Positions 1-9,748 of a DNA stretch of 9,748 bases are shown piece after piece. Each line of letters opens with the position of its first letter. Positions within the stretch are counted from its first letter, which is position 1. The position numbers and the translations under genes were made by a program. Source of the DNA: Paraspadella gotoi (taxonomy: Eukaryota > Animalia > Chaetognatha); the NCBI GenBank assembly GCA_051294375.1, contig JBJCIZ010000194.1:1-9748 (forward strand), written 5' to 3'. The notes under the pieces were generated by a model, which worked only from the letters and a program-made list of their open reading frames with translations, was not told where the DNA came from and ran no database searches.

Positions 1-167
1 CCAATCCGATAGATAATCCGATAACAAAAATTAAAGCCAAGTACAAAAATATACTTTCAAAAGTACAGATTAGAGGGAAATATTAAATTGCCTCATTACC
101 AACCAACTCACGCTGTCTAACCAAATACTTAGTTATTATTCGAATTATCCGTTATATATAACTCTCG

Positions 168-173
168 TTTATT
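168..173 (-). promoter_or_regulatory. Candidate poly(A) signal of the ABCB gene
   Basis: AATAAA on the minus strand about 60 nt downstream of the stop codon. Confidence 0.45.
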
Positions 174-232
174 TAAAAGATATCATCACACAGTGATAAA
201 TCATTTTAATCTAATTCGACTAATTCGCCCTG

Positions 233-1850
233 TTAAGTTCCGCCCCTGCCGCCCTCGGGCTCAGACTGAGAAGCGCGGTGAAGTCCGTAATAAACTCCCT
301 TCATTGCGATTAACTCGTTATGGTTCCCGATTTCAAGGATTCGACCCTGAAAAATACAGAAAAGACGATTTTTGTCAAACAAGATCGGTTCATCCAATGT
401 GTTGCGCCGCAGTGACTTCATTTTCACGTGTATTTCCTTTTTATCACATATGACGTGACATGACTAAAAAACTTTATTATGAAATGCACTGCAACAAAAT
501 TAAGTCTTTTATTCCTTATCCTATAGTTTATAGTTTTAGGATTCGTGAAGGCGGCGCTAGCAGTCACTTAGATTTGAGGTATTTTCCTCTCTTAACAAAT
601 GACCATTATGCGAATTATCATTTATATGCATTTTTAACGTAAGTGGCACAGACCGACCGACCGACCAAAAAGTGACTTATACTACAAATACTAAAGGTTT
701 TCAAAGGTAAACAGAACAATGGCACCAATACGTCAGGCTTTACCTGACCCACGACTGCTATTTTGTTTGCGCCGACGATCGTCGAAAGCCTATGGGCGAT
801 GGTGATGACGGTTCTGCCTTCTATCACTTTGTCCAGAGCCGCTTGAACGACCTTCTCGCTCTGAGAATCTTTGAGGGCGGAGAGAAGATTAGCATTGTAT
901 ACAAATTTATTCATTGACCCCAACGAGCCCCGTCAATTCACCGAGGGCACTCGTGGCCTCGTCAAGGAGAAGAATCATCGGTTTGCGAAGGAGGGCTCTG
1001 GCGATGCAGAGGCGCTGCTTTTGACCTCCTGCAAAAGAGGGCCATTGACAATGGCATTGTCTTCTCTTTTTTAAAAAAAACGTTCGCGAGGTTCTTTTTT
1101 TCCCCTTTTTTTTCGAAAAGGCCTACATCGCGTGCTACTCACAAAAAATCGATTTTACCCGAAAGGGATCCTCCCTTATAAACCGACATTTGTCTCGTAT
1201 GACAGCGGGAGAGTCGTTATGAAGTTGTGACAGTTTGCCTCCGAAGCTGATTATCGGAATTGATTTCTTCATAGATTCCGATTTAGTATTATGGGGTGGA
1301 TAGGGAGAGAATGAGAGAGACACGCACCTGACTCTACGATTTGGTCATTGAATATTTCTTCTCACCTTCGCCGAATGTATATTTTCAAAATAGAACCAGT
1401 GAACAAATCGGGTCCTAATTAAAAAAGTTTGTAGTAAGGTTTGCCTTATGGACTTTTCTGGCTTTATTTATATAAGGAACTGCATTTGCAATAAATATTG
1501 TTTTTCACCTGTGATACGAGGCCGATGTTAGACGAGCACTTCACGTCCAACTTTTTCACGTCCGTTCATCAAGAAGAATCCTCCTTGATAGGTTCGTAGA
1601 ATCTAAAGTTAAATTTATTATATAAATCTATAAAATGTATATATTTATGTTGATTGATAATGATGAGGTTCATTTGTAAAGCTCCCCTCTCCATCATCTT
1701 GATTATGGTGCTCTTCTTCCGCCTCCGCTGCGCCAAACGCCAGCGTCTGGCCCGGCGTCACTTCGACGTGGAAGTCATCAATGACCCGCGCCAACGACGA
1801 CCGGGTAGCGAAAGGCCACGTGCTCGAATGTACGGCGCCATCCACCGAAT
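233..1850 (-). CDS. ABCB nucleotide-binding domain 2 and C-terminus
   Basis: [32 protein letters not shown] (frameshift-corrected Walker A), [129 protein letters not shown], then TAA. The last three exons splice cleanly in frame. Confidence 0.95.
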
Positions 1851-4800
1851 CTGCGTGCGTTGTTTGTATCGTCTCTTTTTTTTTGTGTTTTTTCTCACTA
1901 ATTTCTTTCTTTCTTCTTTCTTCTTTCTTTCTTTCTTTCTTCTTCTTTCTTTCTTTCATAATACCTGGCCGGAAGTTTCACTCGCAAGGTCAGGCGTCGG
2001 TCGCTGTAAATGAATCCCAGCATGACCTTGCGGACTCTTTGACCTCAGAGTATGGCGGAAGCTTGTAGCTCATGTCGTCATGTAGTTCCGGCGCCGACCA
2101 TAGCTGATACATAATAATATATATACCGGGACTAATTGGCTTTATGAATTGTACAACCAATATAAAAATTATCCATTCGTTTTAAAAAAAAAGACTATGG
2201 ATTGTGATTAGGGCTTCATCACTGTATAAACATAATAAAAATTACAGGACCGTGCAAGCTTTCAATCAATCACTCTCACAGTCAAGTTTATTCACTCCCA
2301 GAGGATCTGGTTTCCCATCATTGAGTGGTATAATGTTTCAATTTTTTTAATTTTATTATAGGACTTCTCCTCAAGTATTAGCTCGGGGAACTATGTTTAT
2401 TATTATTTATATTTATATTACTTTATTATATTTTCTAATGTAGTAAATCACCTGAAGTCAACTGGCTTTTACTAGTACCTATCAATTTTCATCGCCTGAT
2501 CAATTTTGCAGAACTAATTTAAAAAGAATTTGTCATTCGGATACCTATGTTTTGGTATAGATGTCGCTGATTCTATGTTCTGCAGAGTTGAAGGAGTGAT
2601 GCCCAGAGGAGGACGCGACGGACGCTACCTCCCGATGATCCGTAGTCCAGGGGCAAAGGCAAAGCTGTTGAAAAGATCTTTCGCTTCTTCTGGCGTGCCA
2701 CTTCTCCAGCATATCGCGAAAGACAGCGAAACGGATTCGCTCCAGGCAAAACTGTTACCATTCGCATGTTTTGAGGGTTTCGATCGCGTAGACTTCCGCC
2801 TTATATGAGAAAGATCGAAGTAGTTCATGTATAAAAATTGAGTAAGCGACCTATTAATAACACGTTTGTTAAACTCAATTTTAACTATGAAGTTATAAAT
2901 CTATAAGTTCCTCCTAACCTCGGCATCCAAATTATCTCACCGGTTTCGGTTTGTACAGCAGCTGACTATGAAGGACGGTATCAGAATCAAAGGTATGAAA
3001 CCTGTAATTAAATAGGAATTCGTCAAATCATCGGTAAATTACACTGCTCGTCCATTGTTTGATTTAGAGGGAGAGACCCACTGAGAAAAGGAAGGCCGAT
3101 CATCCAGCGATGCAAGGAGATGAAGGCGCAGAGACAAACGCTCGTCGACTCATGATAAAAACCGAAGAAATTCGGAACGAGGGCCGGCGCCAACTCGCCC
3201 GCTTCTGAAGAGCAGCAGTCACTGGGCCGTGGAGTGGTCCGGGTCGTCGTGCATCTTGGTCTGTGGATGATCGCGCGAAAGGCCAGCTTTCGGAGGCGTT
3301 GCGTCAGATTTGGGAGCATTTTGTCAGGAGATAGATAGAGAGGGTATGCTGTGTAGAACGTAGGTGGAGGAGGCTCTTGCTGAAATTCTTTATCAATTAA
3401 TGCTATCCAGAAACCTGATGCAACTACATGGCCAATATCTCCTTGACACCAAATCCAAAGGAGAGGCTTGTGAAATGCCTTGGTTTTTTTAGGATCGGAC
3501 AGAGGGCCTGAACAAAGATGAATGCGAGCAAGAAGGGGAAAAAAAGAATATTCTTCAACCAATCATTAGGGATAAAATGAAGAGAGCGTTAAGGTGTTGC
3601 GTCGATCGATTATCCACACAAGAGGGCAAGTCAAAAGGCATCCGTCTTCTCTCGGCACATCTCAACATCCTACACATCAGACGTTTGTTTTGATTGAATC
3701 GTTCTTCCTTTCTACCAAAGGCTCGGGAAAACTGAAAATTATATCATTTTTTTTTTCGTTTTCTTAATTTCCGCGCCTCGATTGGACTGTCGAACCTTCG
3801 TCGACTTCCTCGTCGATTTCTTCGCGGTCTCGAGATCCTTGCGCGATTGGTCAACGACTTGGGCACCTGGCTATCACCAATACGACGTGACAGGACTCAG
3901 CCTTTGCTGTGTAATCCTGAGGCAAAGTCAGAGTCTGGACAGATTTTTCTGCCTCTGCGTTCGGTCGTCGCCTTCTTGACCTTTGACTGGGAGTCGTTAA
4001 AATTTTCTCATTTTTTGTTTTTCTTTCCCTCTCCATTGTTACAGGCTGTTTGTATCTAATCCTAACCAGCGGCGTAATACATTCCTCCGATTGTCATGAG
4101 TTGGTCATGATTCCCCATTTCGCTAATGGTCCTTGTTAAGGACGATAATAACATCTGCGTCCTGATGGTGCTGAGAAGATGAGCGATAAATAAGGGTCGT
4201 CCGCCCTGTCGAAAAAAAATAACGTTGATGTGAATTGGTTCCAAAATCTAAATTAATTGCGTTCCCCAATCCTACACATGCAAATCAATATAGACTTTTA
4301 AAACTCTTACTAATATAATTTTTATTAATACTTTTTTCCCCTTTGAATTTACAATTTTTAGAAAATTTCTAATTCTTAAGCTAAATTAATTATTTCAAAA
4401 TTTATATTTTTCTTTGCCTAGAATAGAATTATTTTTTGATACACATTTTAAATTGATCATTTTATTTAAAACAAATCGGATTGGAACAATAACATCCTAA
4501 TAAATATATAAATTAACAACGGGCCTCATTTAGGTCCAAAAAATATTATTTGAAGCATTAAAGCTACGTATATAGAACCAACTTTTTAAAATATTTAAAT
4601 TATACTTAGAACTTTTAAACATTTATTAGGTAAAGTTTGTTTCAAATTTTTTGGAAAAAAATTTTAAAAATTAAAAAAAATTTCATGCTTAAAAATTCAT
4701 TGGGGAAAAAAGTATAAAAGTAAAGGTATCTAAATAAGTATTTTTTGCGAACTTCGAGATGAGACCTGTTATAATTTGATTTCCCTAACTATTTAACGTT

Positions 4801-7800
4801 ATTTAGTTCCAAAAAACCTCAATTTTTTTTTTAGTTTTTTTATTAAGTGTGCTAGCAATTAATACGTTGAATTTTGGAAGAATAAAAGCCTACCAGAAAA
4901 AATTAGCATTGGCAGGAGACCATTTTGTACTATAGTGCTAATCTCGTTGAAAAAAGAAAGGAAAAATTTCGGCAAAGTATATTGCGCAACCTTTCTCGCT
5001 TTTCTCCAGTGCCTTTTGCACGAACCCTCTCGCTCTCGTTGTCCAACGCGCTTGGTCGCTTCGTCGAGAATCAAAATCTTTGGGGATTACGCATCAAGCT
5101 CTGGCGATAGCAATTCTTTGTTTCTGGCCGCGGAGAATCCGCCGCCTCCTTCATCCCATCTCGACGAGCACCATAGCATTATTGTACTTTATCTCTATCT
5201 GTTTTGTTAACTCGATCTTACCATAGCATTACCATTGTGTCGTAATTTTTGCGGCAGAGCCATTATGAACTCATGAATATTGGCCATGTTGCGGGCCATC
5301 TTTGATTTATCCATGCTGGGATTTACAATGTACCAGCGATGTTGTCTTTATGGTGCCGGAGAACATTGTCGCATTTGCGAGACGACTCCTGAACGAATTA
5401 CCAACGGAGGAGAAATATTCTCCCTCGACCGGTTCGAAAAAAATCACATCGGCTTACCAATCTGATTTCGTAACCAACATGACGTTAAATTTTTTAGGTT
5501 GACGTTATCCAAGGTCACTTGTCCATTCGTCGGGATCGTATAAGCTGTGAAAAGCCAACTGTGGTAAACTCTGATTTTTAAAACAGATACATCTCTGGTT
5601 CAAAATTTTTTATGAAAATTGAACCTCAAGATGAGTTGCACGACGGTGGATTTTTTTCCGTTTCCCGATTCTCCCACCAAAGCGTAAGTTTTTCCCAGAT
5701 TCAAATATTCAACGTCAGCCCTGGTCGATAACACATACATACAAACTTTACACGAGCAAAAATTAAAAAACCAACAGAAACGTCCGAAACCTGGTAAGAT
5801 GACATTCGTCTTCCTCGTCGGATAAGCGAAGACGACGTCCTCGAAGCGGATGTCGCCGGACGACTTTGTCGGGACCAATCCCGAGTTCCCCAGTGGATTG
5901 ATGTGGCTTCGAGTCTCGATGATCTCGATCATCGCCTTCATCGCCGATCGACTTCGAAGCAATTGTTCCAAACCGTTCATCCGAATGACATCAGTAGGCC
6001 CCCTGCGAGGGCGGGGGAGCTCTTAAAGCCGCGACACCGGAGAAAAGATCGGACACGACACTCACAGCACCGAAGTGACGAAGATGGAGAAAAAACTCTC
6101 GAATTCCGTAAGTCTTCGGTTGATCGATGAAAGGCGGATACATGTACCACATCGCCAGCGCGCCTGACCCGCCATTACAAGTCCCTCGGCGGCGCCTATA
6201 AAAGAAGTAATGTTAAGCAATATGCATTCTCAATCAAAAAAAACTTTAACTACTATACTACTAATATTCCATAATCAATAATCGTCAGCGCTAAAGTTCA
6301 GTTTAAAATGCGTGGCTTCCACCCCCTTTTACCCTTGAGATTGCCGATTTGAATCCGGCGATCGAAGAGGCGTGGCTCACGTTGTCCAAAGTCCTCGAAT
6401 AGGCGGAGATACGCTGCTCTTGTCCGTTGAAAGCCAGACGACGTGGATGCCCCGGAGGCGCTCTCGTCAGCGATGGTCGCCGCTCGCCGTACAACTTTTC
6501 TGCTTTTGAATTGAGATCTTCCCGGAGCCAGAATTCACCATCCTGTCATCAGACAGACGAGTATGTTGCAGTAAGTTTAAGGGTTTATGATAAGGTACTG
6601 TGTTGGCAAGTCATGCCGAGTGAAAATCTCGAGAGCATTAAGAAGACTAGTACCTCATAGCATAGAGTCGGGTTTTCCGCTTTCGTTTTATGGTTTTTTG
6701 CTTTTATCAATTTATGTGTCTTTTTCGTTTCTGTTATAATTTGGTTTCAGGTCTCGGCAAGGTTCGTTTTTTTAGGGCACTTGGAAATGTTTTTTCGAAA
6801 GGTGGTCGTTCTGTAGTTGGCGCTGTGGTCAGTCTAGTAATTGTTGTTTTCGTTGTCGTTTTCGATTTCACCCTTCACCTGAATACGTTGGCCGGAATCA
6901 TGACGCCGTTTATAAGAAGCGAGAGTTGCCACCCTTGTGGCGTCGTCCCGATGAAGGCGACGATGGACATGGCGATCTTAAAGGCCGCCTCGCCAACGAC
7001 GCTTCCGGTAGAGCGCTCTACCTGCGACATCACCACGGTGAACAATTCCGTCAGATATCCTGAAAATCCGGAGTGAATTTGAGATCATTTGATTCCAGGC
7101 AAATCGTATAAGGAATATTAAAGAATTAACCTATATCGTTTTGATCGTAACCACCCGGCGTCTTAACGACAGCAGCTTTGCGAAAAAGAAACCAATTTTA
7201 GTCTTTTAAATTGTCGAAATGTTGTTATGCGCATAAAAGCGTCCAACAGCAAACAGGAACAAGTGACCTAGTTGAGAAAACAATAATGTAACGTAATAAT
7301 TTGATGTACCAATAAATCAGACATGTTTCGACTTTGCAGTACAAGTCTTCATCAACGCTTTTCAAGTTTAAACTTAAAAAGAGCTGATGAAGACTTGTAC
7401 TGAAACGTCGAAACATGTCTGATTATTAATAAACCATCGTTGTTGATTAAAAAAAAAAATTTTTCTATCTAAGAGGGAAAAGTTAAATATAGATTAAAGC
7501 CAACAACATTTCAGAAACTCCTTATCTTAGCTTTAGTAATGGCAAAATTGCTGTCCAAGTGACGGCAAAATGGCGTAATTACTATACTATACAATACCTT
7601 TGTGCCAGGTGTCAATTTTTTCTGGCGCAAGAAATTGAAAGGTGACTTTTAGTTTACTGTTTTTAAAACTGACCCAAATCCAAAACGCTAAGTCGTAGAG
7701 TAGAATAAATTTAGATTTGTAATCTGTTGGTGTATTTGTCAAAGAGGAAAAACTAGGGGAAAATCCAAATTATTAAATTATCCTGGCACTTTGGATCTGT

Positions 7801-8794
7801 TAATGACTGGGACGAATAAAGAAGTACTTCAATAAATGGAAATAGATAAATGATACACCTATCAACTTATTTTTTCGCTAAACACATCAATGCTGTAGCT
7901 CAAGGCTCATTGCAGCTGAGCGCAGTTGCTAAAGGGTACTTAAGAGTCATTCATTGAGATGATTAAGGCCAATCATGATTGCAATGAATGAATTTGGTTC
8001 TTGAAACATTTTACATTGATAAAATAACAGGTTCTATTACTTCAAATAAATTTTTTAACAAAAAGTTCAGAAAGAGTTTGAAAACCCGGTTATTCCATAC
8101 CCAGATCAAAATCAAGGCCAAATAGTAAAAGTTCCACACTTTGTCTTTGTTCATGACGTAATTGAAATAAAGTTAGAATCATTTTTTCCTTCTTTGTTCA
8201 CAAGTAAAATTTTCTTCGCTTTTGTTATTCATCACTTTTCGTTATCTGTGGTAAAAAGTTTTTCTTTTTTCGTTTGTTGCTATTATTTTTGATAAAGGAG
8301 CAACGTGACCCCAGCGCCTCCTACGAAGATTGATGTCGCCCATGTAGTAAAACCAAAAACGAGTAACTTCGCGATAATCGCAAACAAAAACCCAAAAATG
8401 TCAAGAATCCGTCGATTCTCGTGCGAGTAAAGAAGCGTCTCGCGTCGTCGGTTGTGCTTTCTGGGTCTCGGGTGGGTTTCCTTCGGGGGAGGAGAGAGGG
8501 AGGAGGAGAGAGAGAGTAGAGAGAGAGAGAGAGAGAGTCTGAAAACTTTCCTTTCATATTGAGTTGCTGTTGTAGTAAGGGAGTTCAATATTTCCATACG
8601 TTAAATATATCGATGGTGCGTATTTCATTGATGTTGACGTCTCGATCGTAAGCCAACTCGTAGCTCGTTCTTCGGTATTCGTGACCCTGGTGGCTGAGAG
8701 ATACATAGACTAATCTATAATCTATTGATCGCTGTTGCGCAAATTCTCTCAAAAATGTTCACCTCGAAAACAAGGTAGCGGGCAGAGGATTCAT
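233..8794 (-). CDS. ABCB1: Full-length ABCB1/MDR (P-glycoprotein)-like ABC transporter, about 28 exons, many apparent frameshifts
   Basis: Manual minus-strand exon reconstruction using GT/AG boundaries (approximate): 8794-8763, 8693-8600, 8480-8310, ~8157-8086, 7267-7131, 7059-6879, 6542-6333, 6195-6066, 6002-5791, 5720-5625, 5544-5458, 5388-5233, ~5159-4991, 4205-4067, 3986-3796, 3731-3560, 3507-3415, 3348-~3081, 3001-2941, 2850-2545, 2103-1965, 1850-~1686, 1602-1509, 1414-1328, 1246-1159, 1028-942, 868-744, 346-233. The peptides follow P-gp in colinear order and include two NBDs. The symbol denotes the family only; orthology is not established. Confidence 0.9.
1902..1957. repeat. TTTC/TTC low-complexity repeat in an ABCB intron
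   Basis: Direct reading of the sequence. It produces the spurious K/E/R-rich and F/S/L-rich ORF segments. Confidence 0.85.
1965..3986 (-). CDS. ABCB linker and TMD2 exons
   Basis: Linker [17 protein letters not shown]; [23 protein letters not shown]; [13 protein letters not shown]; [17 protein letters not shown]; [13 protein letters not shown]; [10 protein letters not shown]. The order is colinear with P-gp TMD2, with several indels. Confidence 0.8.
4067..5720 (-). CDS. ABCB nucleotide-binding domain 1 exons
   Basis: Walker A ([23 protein letters not shown]), [31 protein letters not shown], signature region FS(G)[11 protein letters not shown], Walker B ILDEAT, H-loop IAHLLST, and [16 protein letters not shown]. 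Confidence 0.9.
5791..8157 (-). CDS. ABCB TMD1 exons and start of NBD1
   Basis: Peptides (some frameshift-corrected): [13 protein letters not shown]; [20 protein letters not shown]; [55 protein letters not shown]; [19 protein letters not shown]; [44 protein letters not shown]. These match the order of motifs in P-gp TMD1. Confidence 0.85.
7320..7355 (-). ncRNA. Second minimal hammerhead core, inverted copy (C3-to-U variant)
   Basis: The minus strand reads TTGATGA-A-GACTT-gtactgca-AAGTC-GAAACATGTC, with a 5-bp stem II and a GTC triplet ending at 7320. Confidence 0.55.
7384..7419 (+). ncRNA. Minimal hammerhead ribozyme core (Penelope-like element type)
   Basis: CTGATGA (7384-7390), an extra A, stem II GAC..GTC, GAAA (7410-7413), palindromic ACATGT stem III, and a GTC cleavage triplet ending at 7419. 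Stem I pairing is weak. Confidence 0.65.
8310..8794 (-). CDS. ABCB N-terminal exons 1-3 (N-tail and first TM helix)
   Basis: Exons join in phase: [11 protein letters not shown]|[31 protein letters not shown]|[18 protein letters not shown]. After frameshift correction this continues [18 protein letters not shown], resembling the P-gp 'FRYS..LD...GTLAAII' segment. Exons 1-2 rest only on splice sites and phase consistency. Confidence 0.55.
8488..8537. repeat. Degenerate GA/GGA microsatellite forming the polypyrimidine tract of an ABCB intron
   Basis: GA-rich run that lies just 5' of the minus-strand acceptor at 8481-8482. Confidence 0.8.
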
Positions 8795-9050
8795 GTCAGT
8801 ACGATCAAGAAGCTGAATTCAACGTTTTATTAGAGATGAGATTGAGTCGTCAAAAATGTCAACGGCACCGGCTTAAAGTTAAAAAAAAATTATTTGTCAG
8901 TTGATGATAGAGGCCAGGAAAATCAATCATTAATATTTATTTTGTCTTCCTTTTGTTCCATGACTTTCACCACCTCATCGCTCTCTCTAAGTTTCTCTCA
9001 TTATGGTCTAATTATCATCCTCGCAATTGCTTTCATTCCTCTCCTTTCAG

Positions 9051-9238
9051 GACCTCCGCACGGAGTTGTTGAGCTCGTCGAGAAAAGATCGACGTCGTCG
9101 ACGATCGACTGCGTAGTCTGGTCTCGTGGCGCCGGTAAGAGAGCGCCGCGACAAGTCAGCGCCGGTCGAGGCTTTGATGAACCGATTCCAGGCGGCGCTG
9201 TCCGGCGTTCAGTCAGCAATAGCGGACGTTGGAACGGG
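9051..9238 (+). CDS. Internal exon of a spectrin-repeat protein (nesprin/plakin/dystrophin-like), with frameshifts
   Basis: Polypyrimidine tract and TTTCAG acceptor ending at 9050, GT donor at 9239. The frameshift-corrected peptide DLRTELLS..EKIDVVDDRLRSLVS..EALMNRFQAALSGVQS..RTLER resembles spectrin helices B/C. Confidence 0.65.
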
Positions 9239-9391
9239 GTACTGCTCAATCTTATTATTTAAGAATATTCTGTGGCTCGCTAAAATACTATAGAGTAAAG
9301 AAAAATCTTAATCGGAATTTTTACAAAAAAATATTTAATTAAAGTCGCAGAAGGACTGTTGGTGACTGATGGAGAAAAAGAGCAGAAAAAG

Positions 9392-9513
<122 letters not shown>

Positions 9514-9556
9514 TTTAAATTTAAAGATTTAAATTTCGCCTAATCCACCCTTCTAG

Positions 9557-9740
9557 ACGCTTCTCGCTCGGGCGACTACGACTCCGCCTATGAAGACGCC
9601 GTGTCTTGGTTGGAGACGATGAACCGGAAGTTGACGACGAATCGCGACGCGAAGGGAAGCCTCGTCTCGGTGACGGAGAGATTGAGGAATCTCCAGGATC
9701 TCCATCGCGGCGTCGTCCAAGGGCGGGAGAAGTTTGACCG
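9557..9740 (+). CDS. Internal exon of a spectrin-repeat protein
   Basis: TTCTAG acceptor and GTGAGT donor. Open frame DASRSGDYDSAYEDAVSWLETMNRKLTTNRDAKGSLVSVTERLRNLQDLHRGVVQGREKFDR has the conserved helix-A Trp (SWL) and a helix-B pattern. Confidence 0.75.
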
Positions 9741-9748
9741 GTGAGTTA

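Larger units (their letters stand above)
7311..7427. repeat. ~117-bp imperfect palindrome with no spacer, centred at 7369/7370
   Basis: AATCAGACATGTTTCGAC..CAGTACAAGTCTTCATCA..AAGTTT|AAACTT..TGATGAAGACTTGTACTG..GTCGAAACATGTCTGATT. Confidence 0.95.

Noticed and set aside
1-25. AATCCGATA repeated twice at the window edge, a possible transposon subterminal repeat
   Set aside because: It is truncated by the window edge and too short to support a call.
540-578. Possible plus-strand micro-exon (TTTAG|..[13 protein letters not shown]..|GTATTT) within the last ABCB intron
   Set aside because: It is too short, has no recognisable homology, and such splice-like flanks arise by chance.
4206-4990. Very AT-rich 785-bp intron with A/T-run palindromes
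   Set aside because: The self-complementarity is explained by homopolymer composition, and no element termini were found.
6546-6552. CTGATGA on the minus strand as a third hammerhead
   Set aside because: There is no stem II/GAAA partner. It overlaps a normal splice acceptor region.
193-7076. Plus-strand ORFs in the supplied track (e.g. 871-1074, 1654-2013, 2530-2808, 6690-7076)
   Set aside because: They are antisense shadows of ABCB exons or run through low-complexity intron sequence, with no independent protein signature.
7311-7427. Palindrome as a CRISPR repeat or rho-independent terminator
   Set aside because: The context is a eukaryotic intron, and it is a single inverted repeat with no spacer array.
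7602-7789. GTGCCAGG / CCTGGCAC inverted pair as MITE termini
   Set aside because: The match is only 8 bp with no target-site duplication, so it is compatible with chance.
8894-9262. ORFs 8894-9262 (+) and 9001-9249 (-) as standalone genes
   Set aside because: They are better explained as off-frame and antisense readings of the spectrin-repeat exon 9051-9238.

Overview
Eukaryotic (metazoan-like) genomic DNA with GC-rich exons and mostly short AT-rich GT-AG introns. Most of the window is one full-length ABCB1/P-glycoprotein-type ABC exporter gene (TMD1-NBD1-linker-TMD2-NBD2) on the minus strand, reconstructed by eye as about 28 exons from a putative ATG at 8794 to a TAA at 233. It carries many single-base indels, most likely uncorrected long-read error. 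At the right end, two internal plus-strand exons encode spectrin repeats (nesprin/plakin/dystrophin-like) and start mid-repeat, so the ABCB gene probably sits antisense inside an intron of that gene. The most unusual element is a ~117-bp intronic palindrome (7311-7427). It carries a minimal Penelope-type hammerhead ribozyme core on each strand and is followed by AATAAA and an A11 tract.
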